Source of the DNA: Schizochytrium sp. TIO01
Lineage: Eukaryota; Protista; Bigyra: Labyrinthulomycetes
NCBI GenBank assembly: GCA_004764695.1
Contig: SMSO01000014.1
Location: forward strand, 5,342,845 to 5,406,844
DNA: 64,000 bases
Reading direction: 5' to 3'
Under the pieces are notes generated by a model. The model did not search any database. It was not told the origin of the DNA and worked only from the letters and a program-made list of their open reading frames with translations. This document shows positions 33,036-46,900 of the stretch, one piece after another (the stretch's first letter is position 1; every line of letters starts with the position of its first letter). A program made the translations under genes and the position numbers.

Positions 33036-34255
33036 GGCAAAGGGCCAGCAGCGGCGGTCGTTGGGCTTTGATGCTTTATTTATCTTTTATCCTCAGGGTA
33101 CCTAATCTAACCTACCTAACCTTCCTAGCAATAGCTGTCTATACTAAGTAGTACTACCTGCTGCTACCTACTGTCTCATGTATAATTTGAGAGGAAGATC
33201 ATACAAAAGGAGGAAACTTCAACCTTATAATGCAAGTGAAAATAGTACAGGAGCGGCCTTTAGGTTAAGGAAAGTTTTGTGATGAAGTAGGATCGCTTGT
33301 GACTTGACTTAAATGTATTATTGTATTTCATTTCTGGGATATTGTATTTATATTTCATGACGAAGAAATCATCGAGGTGATTCGTTCTTATTTTTTCCAC
33401 AAGAAGAACTGTCAGCATCGAAGTTCCCTTTTCAGGCAGCAGGCAGATAGTCGGGTAGATAGTAAGTAGGCAGGTAGTAGTACTTGAACTGAAAAAGGTG
33501 GGTATCTTGAGCGACACGGGTGACACGCCCATGTCCATTTGTCTCTTTGTTGACTTTGGTGACACATCGATCACATCCTATAGCAAAACCGTGTGGACAT
33601 CTGAGCATCTCGCATGTGCCCCCCATTCATGTTCTATAACTGTAAAAGTTGTGGATTGAATAGTATTTTCAAGTTCTGGTGTATTTGTTGCCGAAGCTGA
33701 AGTGGGAGGAATTGCCTACAAGGAATTCAACTATATTTATTTTCTTTCTTTATTAAAATAAAAAAATTAAAAAAATTACCTATATACTAAGTCAATCTAC
33801 TAGTGCTGCAATTCGTTCATCGCTTACATAGATCCGTTCGCGTGGACATATTCAATATGTCGCCTTGTTTAGACAATGGTCCGCAAGGAAATGTGTATCG
33901 AACGTTCTCGTAAGTGTGCGTGAGCGCTTGGTACGCATGGAGACGCTATTGAGGGCGCAAGTGCTCAGTCTAGACGAAGCAATCCTTATCATGAGAGCAA
34001 GAACGACCCGTAGTACCAGTTGCTACAGAGCACTTAAGAAGGCAAAAAGTTGTAGCAGCCTTCCGGGTTTCTGAGTTGTGCCATCTATGCATCTTTGGGG
34101 TCTAGTTCGTTTCGCTAAACATTTACATACGTACTTACTTACGAGGCTCTCACGCACGCGAGTAGGTAGGACGTACGTAGCTCACGACGCTGGCCTCCTG
34201 CGGGTGCACATCGCCACCTCGTGGCAGCACTTCGTGGGAGCGATAAGTTTTTGAA

Positions 34256-37014
34256 ATGAATGTAGGCGTGCATCTTGAGAGTCAAAGTGATGCCACTGAT
34301 GATTTCTCAGTGGGTTTCAAGCTTGCAAAAGGTAATCCAACACTTGGACTTCGCTTGGCACAGCTTCCAGGTGGACGGGGTGCTGCGTTTGATGGTTGGA
34401 AAGATGATAAGGAAAGCACTGGTGAGAACCATGAGCTACTTGAGGTTGGCGACCGTCTCATTTCTGTGAATGATGTCCTCGTTGCACCAGGAACGTCAAC
34501 GTTCACCCGTATCAGACGCCTTGTACATGAAGCTATAGAAACTCTCGTGAGACAGACTGAAGAAGCAGAATCAAAAGCTCTTGAAGAGAAGGCGAGTGGT
34601 TTAGCACCAGTGCGAAGTAAGTACTCTGTTGATGCTGGTCGTTCTGCGAATCTGCGTGTGCATCTGAATTTCCGTAAACCTGCCCGAGACCAAACTGTTG
34701 TACTTGAAAGTGGTTTTTTCGAGGCAGATACGCCAGCAGATGTAGAACTTGGAGCATGGTTTCGACCTGCTGATGATACCATGTGCGGTGCTGTTTTTGA
34801 AGGTTTGGTTCAAACATCACCGTCGGCAGTCCAAAAAGCCTTTTCTAATCTGTCCATGGGTGCGCGTCTACTTGCTGTGAGTAATAGATCTGTAGAAGGG
34901 TTGAAATTTGATGTGGTGTTAGACTGTATTCGTGAAGCGAAGTTTCCCATCGTTTTACGGCTTGGCAATGCTGCAAATGTGAGTAGCCAGGAGGAAACTC
35001 GAGCCTTGGCACGAACACTTGACCCTCATTTCCGTATTATGAACAAACCATTTGGCACTGTGCACCTTGAACAGTTTTTCAGTCGTTTAGCGGAAGGCTG
35101 ACCGTGATTACGTAACTGCAAGGCTTCAAGATGGTCTACGCATGGGCGTAAGAGACAATGTTGGTCGAACACCACTTATGTGTGCTGCAGTTCTCTCAAA
35201 CGAAGATGATTCCTATTACTTTATAAATTTGTTATTGAAAGAAGGAGCTGATATTGATGAAGTAGATACAAGTAACGCATCATCTGTCCTTCACTTTGCT
35301 GCCCGCATAGGTCACGTGTCTGTCCTGGAAACCCTTCTACAAGCAGGGGCAAACCCTAACCTAACTGATCGACAAGGCAAGACGCCACTATTAGAGGCAG
35401 TGATAAACAATCGGGTGCGTGCTGTATCTGTCCTGCTGCATGGAGGAGCCAATGGGGAGCTTGTTGAACGAAGTGCAGGTTGGAACTGTCTACACTATGC
35501 TGCACTTAACGGTCGAGATGATATTATTGAGCTTCTTTTGAGTGAACAAGGAAAGCTTTCGCCTCATACAAAGACACTGCCCGGGCCCTGGCGGACTCCT
35601 CGAACGGCGATCGATATTGCGCGAGAGGCTAACCATGGAAGCGCTGCTCGCCTTCTGCATGAACGTCTTGCTAGTGAAGCCCTTCAAAGAGTGTACCCGC
35701 GTCCTGGAGATTGGGTTGTTATGGATGATACTTTGGCTGTGCCAGACCTTCCATGGAGAAAGGGGTCAGAATTTAAGTCCCTTCGAGAGGTTGAGCTAAC
35801 GCGGCGTCAAAAATCATGCAACAAGCTAGAAAATTTTCGCATGTCTCGACCTGCAGGCTTGCAAGACCCTCGCGAAATGCTACGTCAGGAAAATGCAATT
35901 AGTGCATTTGTTGAGGACTTGGATGATGCAGCGGAAATTTGGCTTGGCAGTCGCGAGTCATTACTTCAGAAAAAACTGCGTAAGAACAAGCAAATTAATG
36001 CTGTAATTGTTGTTGTGACGAAAGATCACGAACAGCGCCAGCAGCAATTAGACAAAACATCTCCAAGATTGCAGGAAGAATCTTTAGAAAATAAAAATGA
36101 AACTTTCTTGCACGATGGAAACCTATTTCAAGATCCTAGATTAAAGTGGATTGCGGAGACCAAGGATCACTATATCTTGGATCAGGGTGTAGATGACTTT
36201 GAGGCATTCACAAAACACCATCTTGGAGTAAGTTATAAAGTGAAACTGAGACTCATCTAATGGCGAAAAGGATTAGAGTCGAGCCCGCGGAAAAATGCTC
36301 AACATATATGTATATTTAGCAACTTCTTGCTCTCTCTCATGTTTTCACGGATCCATATTTAGTGTTTTTAGTGTTAGGGTGGAGTCATGGCAATGATTGC
36401 ACAGGTAAATGACTCTTGCTTCATGTTTACATAGACTATGATTCATCTGAAGATTAGGAATTGTACAAATCAGTAAGGGAGATTACTGGTAAAAGCAAAA
36501 TCGCCAACCTCCGATTATTTTGAAAAACTAACTTGGAATCATTATGGGATTTGTGGTGACTGACCTGCTGTCTTGACACAACTTATAGGCATTAAATCGC
36601 TTTTTGAACCATGTGGAACAACAAAAGAGACATTTGCTCATTGCTTCCCTCGACGCAAAGGTAGGAGACCCATTGCTTTTACCTAGTGTAATACTGATAT
36701 CATACTTTATGATTTCCAAAGAGATGCGGCTAGCGGAGGCAACAGACTTGTTGCGCCAGCGATGCTATTTCTATACAGCAAAGGGTGCAATAGATAAAGA
36801 CGAACGTCTTCAAAGTGCAACACGGCGGATGGAAATATCCTCGGAAAACCAAGGGTCATTAATCCTCGCGCATGAGACCTCTGAAACGTCTCGCGTTTCA
36901 TTGCCTAAAAGGTGGCAGAGAGGATTACAATCTCTTGAAGATCATATCTTGGCGCGGCGTATTAAAGCTACACGAAGGCAACAAGTAGATTTTCGTGCCA
37001 AATTTGTGATGTAG
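34256..37014 (+). CDS. Multidomain scaffold: two PDZ-like domains + ankyrin repeats + degenerate dual-specificity phosphatase-like domain (1-nt insertion at 35098-35099; intron 36228-36588)
   Basis: PDZ-like segments: LGLRL...LEVGDRLISVND and LSMGARLLAVSNRSVEGLKFDVVLDCIREAKFPIVLRL. Removing one base of GGC-T-GAC fuses the ORFs into the ankyrin run (GRTPLMCAA, SVLHFAARIGH, GKTPLLEAV, GWNCLHYAALNG). A phase-0 intron GTAAGT...GACTGAC...TTATAG joins the exon ALNRFLNHVEQQKRHLLI...ILISYFMISKEMRLAEA. Total about 798 aa. Confidence 0.75.
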
Positions 37015-40000
37015 AAACGAGTGACTCAACCCAAATATTCTTGACTAGCTACTAGCTTGAACCTATGGTAAATTTTTTACCGAATTGGGAATCATCGATG
37101 TTTTCCCTTGTCAAAGTAACAAAATGGAACAACATATAGATACAAATTATTCTTGTCGTATGAGCTGAGCAAAATATACAAATTCAGCTTCTCGCTTGGT
37201 GATATCTGCTCGTAATGTTCGTTGTCTTGATTGCGAATGGCCGCGAACAGACTCAGCGTTTAAACGTCTCGTAGGTTAATGAGCACGATTTTGTGCTCAA
37301 AGTTGTCGTTGGTGAGTGTGCGAACAAAGTTTATTATTGCATAGTCAAGCAATGCAGAGACCTGAATTTCTAGTCTCCATATAATCGTTGCACTTGGCGA
37401 TATAGCATATTTACTTGATTATTTAGATCATATCAAATTTTCTTACATTTATAATTTATAAATGGCACGCGAGGCCTTGCTCCCTTCGCGTGCTAGAGTT
37501 GAGTTTCTGCAACATGATAGCGATGATCTTTTCTGGGTTGGTCCTTGTTGGGTTTCGCACGCACTAAATAGCACGTGGTGGGTAAGAGTCATCGTGCGCA
37601 TATATAGCACGTGTGGAAGACCATGGGACGCGCAAATAAAAGTGCAAAGACCTAATATTACTAGTGGTGTTGAATCAATTATGTGATTTAGATCTTTGTC
37701 AATCTCACGCCAAACCTGAGACTGATCAACCTAATTGAGGCCGGGTGGTTCAAATGTATCAGTGAGAAATAAATAAAAATTGTCCTTATTGAATCAAAAA
37801 TCGAGTTTGATCAAAATCATCTCCTTTCTAACTAGTAGCCTATCTAAAGTCTTCGTTTAGCATGATTTTCGTTTTTTGTGGCAATTAAAATTTCGTTGGT
37901 TCGAAGCTGTCGAAGTTTTGTTAATGAAAATAATAGTATCTATATCACTTCTTCCGTCGAGTATTGATGTAAGCCTCTCCTCAAAAGCCGTCTATATCCG
38001 GAGGTGATTTCTTCGAAGGAAATTAAGGAAAATAAATTAATGGACTGTCAATTTGATAAGATAACATGCATAAAAATAAAGGCTGTATAGTAGATATAAT
38101 AGGCATCAAGGACTTACAAAAGGGCACGCGTTGGGAAGCAAATCCACGTTACCTTTGCTTGCTGCTAGAGTCCCTATACTCGTTGTGTTTTACATCATAC
38201 CTTTCAACTTCAACAGGTCTGTAGTAGTACTTCCATTCTGGCCAATGTTCTTCTAGCACTACTGGCAGAGGAATTACTGTGCTACTTTTCTTGTTCCTTT
38301 AATTTCTTCAACCTACAACAATTTGCGCGATCAGCCTTACATTGCAGCCCCAACCAAGTGAAGCCACAAATCTGGCCTTGCAGGCTGCGCAATGTTTGTT
38401 ACTGATAGGCATTTTATAGTACTACCTCGGGCGGCATTGAAAACAGTGGATTTAGTCGACGCGCTTCGACCTCGTGCCGTGTGCGCTGCGCATGCTCTTC
38501 AGAAGTATGATTCCAATGGAAACACACCACAACTGTTCTCTTGTTCTTCCTGTGCTGTCTTGAAAAGAACAACCTTTTTCAAAAAGGACAGTAGCAGTAT
38601 TGCACTAAGCATAGGACAGGCAAAGAAACAGTATCTCCTGGTAGTAGTAGTACTATCACCCACCAAGGTGCCCTTGCATATTTGAACTTCTGAAAGCCTT
38701 TTGCTAGTAAACAGCAGGACAATGAAGTTCTCATCTCTTCACTACAAACAAATGCGCCCCCGAACTACGATCTTTAGTTCTCAATCCCCAATTCGAATAT
38801 CTCCTTGTTGAACTTGAAGTTATTGTTGTCAACTTTCAAGAGTTCTTTGCGCTTGCGTTTTTCTTCCTCTACGCAGCGCATATTCTCGCGATATCTTCTT
38901 CTAATTCCCATACCAACCAAGATCAGCGAGCAGATAGGTAGCTTCGGAAACTGAAAATAACTCAAGCTGACGCGATCTTCTTCCTGTACTTCAGCAATCA
39001 TAGTATGCGTACCAAGCTCTGCGAAAGCTCTCTCCAATTGTCTATTGATGCTTAGCGCATCCAGTTACCCCCACTGGATGGAGGTAAGGCTTTCCTCCTG
39101 CACTTTTTGCTCAGGTAAAAAAACTCGAATAGCAATATATTTTGTACTGTATTTAGAGCATCAGCGGTAGGCTATGGATTGATCAGCATGCGAACCTCCA
39201 AGTCAAGAGTAATGAATGAATACCTTGGCAACCTTGGCAACCTTGGAGCACCTTGAACAGAGATAGTCAGCGCACCTCGTGGCCTCTCCAATCTCATTCT
39301 TCTACCAACTTCCAAGTGGCAGCATACCGAGGGCAAAATATGAAGCTAGCTATACAATTCATTAGTAGGAGTGGCGGATGAGAGGTCAAAATATGATATC
39401 TCTGATGGGAGCGGATGGACCAAGATAGGCGAAGCTCGAAGGAACAGGTGAATGCTCGTTGCTCGTGAAGCATGTCAATGTCGCTTTACTAGACTAGTCT
39501 TAGAAGCTTTTCGCATGCCATGAGTTGGAATGTAGCAACCTCCTTCTATTCATAGTCTCTTTCACGGTAGTTCATTTACTCAGACAGCACAACTAAGCAG
39601 TACGCAGAAGGTTCAGACGGTATTTGCATAATTGAGTTTGAAGAGTATCATTATCACTACGATTATACATACATTTTTTTCATAAATTTATATTTATAAA
39701 TAAATTAAATAAAATGTTTTGCGAAATTTAAGGGACGTCGTGTCCCAGATATGGAGGAAAATAGGACTAGGCTTGGGATCCAAAAGCAGAGGTAAAGGAA
39801 ACCCAGGTAACAGGTTAGGCGCTCCGAACGCCTAATATGCGATACTTACTTAGTCCCTTGGCTGATTGGCTGCTCGCATGGATTTACGAGCAGGCAAATT
39901 ATCAAGCGAACAACCAACAACCAATCAAGCAAACACGCGCTCATATCGAACAACCTTACTGTAAACACGGCTTAAACGAGGCAGAGCCGGTTGCCCTGTT

Positions 40001-40144
40001 CCTCGCGCAATAAGAGTCGCCTGAATTCACCGCGTGCCAAGCCACGCGGTCCCTGTAGCTAGTGCTTGCGGAAAAGTCTAATCAACCTTGTCTTAATTCC
40101 TCAAATGAATCGTGCGTCTCGGACAATCATGTGGATTTCAATAT

Positions 40145-40730
40145 AGATAGGATCCAAAAGATCGTTGCCGCGTGCATCCGCAAGTAATGTTAGTTATTAT
40201 TGCCAAGGAATTAAACATCCAGTGTATTCTTGTCTAAGTCAAAGGCGATTCATTTCTAAAGAACCATACGACAGGGTTTCGCTTTGGAAAATCTGCAATT
40301 TCAACTATGATCTTGAAGAATGGGACACGATACTATTTTCTGATGTGATACCAAAAAATCTCAAACTGATTGAAATGACGCGTATTTCTGAATAATTTTA
40401 TATGCTTCTAATATAGTCGAAGTGTCACTTCAATAAGGTATTTCGCAGCAAATTAATATCTTCAGTTTCATATATCAAATGGGTAAATCATCAGAGCCCC
40501 TTTTCCCAAGACCTAATGTCTTAGTTTCGCCTGGTAATACATGTGTTTTCAATGCATGCAATTCCAAATGAGGGATAAACTAGTACGAATAAAAAACCCA
40601 CAGCGAGAGGACTTAAAAGGATTTGATCCTTGAGGCATTCATAAATATACAGATGCCACTTCCGCAAGAATCCACATAGCGCCATCACCATGCGTCAAAG
40701 TCTTGAATATGGGTAACCAATTTGATATTA
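40145..40730 (+). mobile_element. Heavily decayed Tc1/mariner (IS630-like) transposase relic
   Basis: Fragments in different frames occur in transposase order: IAKELNI (HTH, ~40200), WDTILFSD (first DDE Asp, 40321-40344), SPFSQDL (resembles PPYSPDL, ~40495), and EDLK..ILEAF...KVLNMGNQF (C-terminal). No TIRs identified. Confidence 0.45.
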
Positions 40731-43700
40731 TTGGCAAAGTTAATGCAGACTTCGATGATGTCTAGTGTTTCTCAGCTATGTTTCCCAAACAAGGACTCCA
40801 CGATGGTGATAACATTCTTTTTGATTTGGAAACCATAACAAATAGAGAGGGAGCTTTGGAACACATGGAAGCTCATTTCGTTCCTGTGCTTAATTTCTGT
40901 TTGTGAGTAGCGATCGAGATAGCAGCTCTAAGTAGCAGCAATTGTGCCCCATGGCTGCATTTAGACAAGGAGACTCCTGGCAACTTGACCCGAGCTTCAA
41001 ATCAATAATTCAAATCCCCATAATATGCGAAGTCGTGCATTCAGGAATTTGGTGACTTGAGAAGAAAAACAAAAAACGGTTCGACTAAGGGTTGCCTTTG
41101 GTTTCAGAATTCGAAATGCCTCGTGCTTTTCCCTAGGTACCTTTCAGATTAAAATAAAATAAAGAACAGTATGCATCTTAAAATAGTAAAAAATATTTGT
41201 TTTTGAGTATTTAAATATTATTATTATTATTATTATCATTATTATTATCATTATTATTACTATTTTTATTATTGGTATTGCAAAAAGTAAAATTCTTTTT
41301 ATTTTTTAAATGTTAATAATTCCAGTATATTTTTAGCTTTAAAAACAAATTCTTCGATAATAATATAAACCTTTAAAGAAAAGATAGTCTTTAAAAGAAA
41401 GATCAAAGAGAGGACTGGAAAGCCAAACCAAACGAGCGAATAACAGTGAAGCAGTCAAGGCTTGACTTGTCAACACTTGATCTTAAAAGGGCTGGCAATC
41501 TGTCTGGTATCCTGGATATGGATGATACGTAGAAAAGCGAGTTTCTTACCAGTGAACAACTAGTTCTTCCTTGCTCTGTTCGGCACCACTTCAAGCCTAA
41601 ATATATATATTATGTTATGAGTTGAAACATTTCAGTGAAAGAGGAATTTCAAAAAACACCTCTTAGTGTTTGAACTAGACAAATGGGTCACTAGCACTAT
41701 AGAACGCACCAGTGTGTGACAATATCGGGGTGGAGCATTGATTTCAAAGGGCACAAAATTAGGCACGCGAAGCACGCGCAGCGCGTGCTTGCAGCGAGCA
41801 AGCTGAAGAACAGGCTAGGTTGACGCAGGGACTAGGTCGGGACGCAAAGGTATTGCGTTTCGTTTCGCAAGGAACTATATGAAAGCTCGTGGTATACTAT
41901 ACTCCCATCATTCACACGAGCAACGCATCAACCTGATAGCAGCCAGCTCACGGAAGCAGCAGAACAGCAGAACAGCAGCCACTCTAGTTTTCGCAGGAGA
42001 GCTTTGGTAAATAATTGAGTAAGAGAATATTAAAATTGAAAAAAGAGTATAAAAACTCATTTATAGTTTGACCGACACTGCAAGCTTTGCCGAAAATAGT
42101 ATCTTATAATATATTTTAAATTCCCTTTAATCTTAATTATAACTGTATTGATAAGTAGTAGCTAGGTAGGTACCCACATTACTGCCTGCATGAGTTAACC
42201 AGAGAAGAAAAGGAAATGAGTGGGGAAGGTAGAGTTTTATCTTCCTGATTCTGATTTTTAGAATAAAAACAGAATAAATTAAAAAAGTAGAGGATTTTAC
42301 AAAGGGCGAAGAAAACATTTTCTTAATAGTGGTTAGTGCCCATTACTATAGTAATATTTCACATACTAACTTCTTTGTTCAAGGGTTCTTCTCAGTTTTT
42401 ACTATGGTCAAATCAAAAGTAAGAGTGAACTTTAGGCCCTCTGCTTCAGGGTTTACTTTACTTGAGTAAAATGAGATGAATGCTGCAATGCTCTCTGTAA
42501 GGGGTATGGAAAGGATGTCGTTGAAGGTTTTAGCTAATGGATCCTTGCGAGGGATAAATGGCTGATAGAACTTCCCTCAGATCCCTTGCAAACGAACCAG
42601 ATATGAGGAAGCTAGTTTCTTCTCGAGTCGACGAACTGGAGCAACTTTCCGTAAATTGTGCTTTCGTTATCATCATCGTCTTCTTGTTTTCCTTTCTTCC
42701 CCACTAACATCATAGGAAGAATACTAAAACTGTCATATTTTATATACAACTCTGCACTTTATCATTCACATTTGTCAAGTCGGATTGAGCTGAAACAGGG
42801 GGACTGGAGGTATTGCACACCTTATGTAATTGTGAGGCTTACTGTCAGGTCTGGGTCGATTGTGAGTGATCGTGCGCTGTTCATATTGCAATTTGCTGTT
42901 GGGATTCGATAAGCATTACCTGCATGTTCTTCACAGTAGATGAAGCTAGCGCATACAGCCGTTAACGAAATATGGATTAGGGTTTTACGCATGTGTATTG
43001 CATAAGAACTGATGTGTGGTTAATTCTTGCAATGGATTTCGTGACAGAAGCAGAAAAGTTATCGTATTACATCTATCAATGCTTGCTCCAAATTTAGACT
43101 AAAGAACATAGACATATGTGCAATATAAATAAAATATAAATAAGTTCCCGATTGCTCAGCGAGACTTGACGTTTCAAAAAATAATTCTACATTGTTTATT
43201 AATTTGTGCTTGAGGTCGCATTCCGTATCGAAAGAATGAGCATTATTTGGGGCGTGGTTTTAAAACGTTGCCCCAAAACTGTGCATCAAGTTAAATAAAG
43301 CAAAATATCTATTTATAGATACAAGTCGCTCACTTGAGTTAGGTTAGATCTATCCAAAATAAAAGGCACATGATCAAAATAGAGTATGTTAAAGACACTC
43401 AACTCAATTAATATTTCCTTTTGTTTTTGCAAAGTTCACAAAAAACCAGAAAGGAAAATATACTGCCTACAAAACGGGAATGTTAAAGAGCTATATTTAT
43501 CTCAGAGTTTGTAAAATAGTTTATGTTTTAATGCTCGAGTATACTTCAGTCGCCTGTTTCATGAATCGGGGAGAGTCTGAAACAGTTTCAAACATGCTTC
43601 GTTGGCTTTGTTACAGCTACCTTCGTACAAACTCATGATGAAAAATGTGGAAAATTTGATGAAATTTGCTCGTAAATTGCAGACATATTAATAATTGTAG

Positions 43701-43906
43701 AGTGGTTTACTTTAAGGGTGTGTACTTACAAAACGAAGGGTCAAGAGTAACTTTTGAGTGTGTGCGTGTGTTCACTTAAGGTCGGAGCAGCCACCAGTCC
43801 AAGACTAGGATAAAAACAGTTGCATATTCTCAAATACTGAGCTTGCAGAGTTAGCTCTTAGTTGTAGATACGGGAAAGACGAAAGAAAGGAATCCATTTA
43901 TCTCTC

Positions 43907-43910
<4 letters not shown>

Positions 43911-43948
<38 letters not shown>
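43911..43948. repeat. (TA)n microsatellite
   Basis: Direct observation. Confidence 0.95.
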
Positions 43949-43951
<3 letters not shown>

Positions 43952-46900
43952 TTTGCTTATCTCAAGCATTCATTTAATCTTTTAATGAGATCATTTGCAG
44001 CAATGATTCGAATAAACATGAACGATATATATTGCATTTATTATTCCCTTATGTAGATTTGCAAAGCTATTACGGCTGACAAGAATGGTCGAAATAGGGC
44101 TGAGTATAGGATAATAATAGTGGTGTGCTTGAACTAATAGAGTATGAACCGACATAAAAGGGGGTAGCAATTTCTTGATCTAATACTATGTGCAACATGC
44201 ATATAGCGTAAAATCAAGGTCTTTCAACATCTCTTTTATAATCAATCGATGTTAAAAATATTGTTAACATTCATACGCGTTGGATCGAAAATAGTACTAT
44301 AAAACTTGTTAATACAGCCCAATGCTGCTGATTCTGATTTTGTCGTCTCATCGATAATCTTGATTTTTTATTTCATTCGCAAGTGAGACCTAAATAAAGA
44401 TCTGAACGTTTTGGAAACAAATCAAACTATCGTTTTCTTAAATTAAATTAAACCATAATAATGATGTGACACGTACATGTTTTATACCATCACGGCACTA
44501 AGTTTCTTACTTAATCATATCGTATAAAGGGCACATTTGTACAAATCAATAGAAGCGAAAGCTGTTTTGTTTTTATTGATACTTTTTTTTTTTTTTGCAA
44601 ACTTGTGCAACGAATACTTGAGCATCATTTTCCTTTTGCACGCTTCTTTGTTTCTCCGAGCTTGAAAGTGGCATCTGAATAAACACCACTCCCACCTTAC
44701 ATTTCGATATTTTAAAACTATATAATTTATTTTATACTAATTTGTTTGAAAGGAGGAAATAGACAAATAAATAATAATTAATTGGAGAAATGAAAAAACG
44801 CAAAAACAAAAATAAAAACTACAGATGAAATTTACAATAATATGAAAGAATATTGTTTTCTACATCAATAATGACAAGTGAACTGCCCGCTTGTGGTGCT
44901 GTACTGTGAGGGCAGCCCTGGATAAGAGGGATCTGAAAGTATCTCAATGCTGGTATAACGGCAAGAAAAGAAAGTCCTTCAAGAAGTTAAAAAGGTATCA
45001 TTGAGACATGGGTCCGGAAGAAAAGTAGCTGAAATTCTTATATTCTTGTATCTTAATATACCCCTTTCAACTTTAAAAGTAGCTGTTACTATATGTATAA
45101 GAGATGATTCTTTAGGGGGTATTGTAAAACATACTGCAGGGTGAATGGAAGCAAACTTTATAAAGACCGTGTACTCTGTAACGCCAAGTTGTAGAGAATA
45201 GATAATTTTTGCAGCCACCTCAAGGGAGACCATTCTCCGTAGACCTGAGACTGCAAGAAGGCCCATGCATCCTCCAGCTGCAATGTCATTGGCAGCCTTT
45301 TAAGGGATAAATTGTATAAATAGATAGATAGATAGATAGATAAGATGTATTATTATTTCTTTTTACTTTCTCGATTATGCTTGACTTTCTCCAGAGGTTT
45401 TATTCTCTTAAAAAAAATATATAAAAAATTAACGTTTAAATCTTAGAGAAAAGCTCCTTTCTTATATATCAAACTCGTAAAATGTATTTAAAAGGAGCAT
45501 ATGCCTAATATTTAGTAATATTTAATATTCATGGTCTCCTACATTTCATGGCCTTTTCTGGTGCAAGATGAAAAATACTGTTTGCAAAGGTTCACACGCT
45601 AGGTAAAGGTCGTTACGCAGACCGATTTCACTGAGACCGTCGTCACGAGGGGAATCCGCTTCTTAGTTATCTTTTTCTTCCCCTCCTCCCCCCCCTTTTT
45701 TTTCCCTTTTCTTTTCAAATAATGTTGAACAACAACAAAAAATGTATAAGCAAGAGAGCACACCAAGTAACAACGCTTTTTGATATTATAGTAGGAATGA
45801 TTAGAGACGAAAGGGAATGTGCTTTGATTTGTCTTGGTTTGTCTCGACTCGATCATTCTGGCCGAATATCCTCCCTCAAGTTCAATGAGCATGTTAATGT
45901 TGATGAGAAGATAGTTCATTTTAGCCTGTCAAATTGACGAGGTAGGTAGCGGAGACTTATTTGTCCTTCTTCAAAGTAACAGGATGCATTTCTTCTGCTT
46001 CTCTAAAATTAGAGAACTAAATAATGCACGAATTAATTATATTTCTGTTCATAAAGGTCACACGTGATAACAATGAATGTCCATTGCAATCGGGTAAACT
46101 TTCTTGCTGTTTTTTTGAATGGGATGAACAAAGGATAAACTCGCAATTTGATTTTGGCAATAATCCTTATACAGTTTGTTTACTTTTAGTGTCGGGAAAT
46201 TTCAAGAAATACATGAACGAACTTTCTTACTCAGAGAGATTGGTTTGGTTACCCGTAATATGTGAACTCTTTTCTTTAGAGAACGCTTGCAGTCATAGGA
46301 CCTCATCCAACACATGTTGTCAATCTTAAATTTTATGATGGCTTGGTTTTCAGCCGCATTGCCTTTTCCATTTATTTTGTAATTAATTTCTTAGGAGAAT
46401 TTTTAAATAATAAAAAAATCACAAAAGTGAAAAATTAAAAAGTTAATAAAACGGCAAGCGGTCCCAACAAATTAGTTTACGAAATAATAGATATTAAGTT
46501 TATCATCCGTAGCTGCTCGCATAAATTCAACAATCAGTATGCAGACCGATGAAGGCCACGCCTCCGCACCGCGAGCAAAGTTTCTGCTAGACTATGTTTA
46601 AGTCACGCAATAAAGACGTTTAGTCAAGAATCAAGGCATGACCCAAGTTTAGAATGTGAGCTGAACTTTTAAATGAATCATAGAGACTATGAAGGACCTT
46701 CTCGATGAAACTTAACTTTAGCCTCGCCGCGCGCCCGGGCTCGATTCAGAGTGCTAGGCCTTGGTCTGTTCGGGGATTTATTATTAAATTTGATAGCAGG
46801 CAGAACGCTTTGAAGACTATGTTATGAGAAAAAACATTGTTTCACGTTTGGTAACCTTTTCTACTCCTACCTGGTTTTTCCTTCTTTTCTTTTCTTCTTT

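Noticed and set aside
38774-39060. Minus-strand fragment AFAELGTHTMIAEVQEEDRVSLSYF resembling a RimJ-type GNAT C-terminus
   Set aside because: No ATG, no acetyl-CoA motif and an upstream stop. The similarity is too short to support a call.
44960-45080. SGRKVAEIL...NIPLSTLK resembling a pogo/psq HTH
   Set aside because: The spacing is imperfect and no downstream DDE remnants were recognised.
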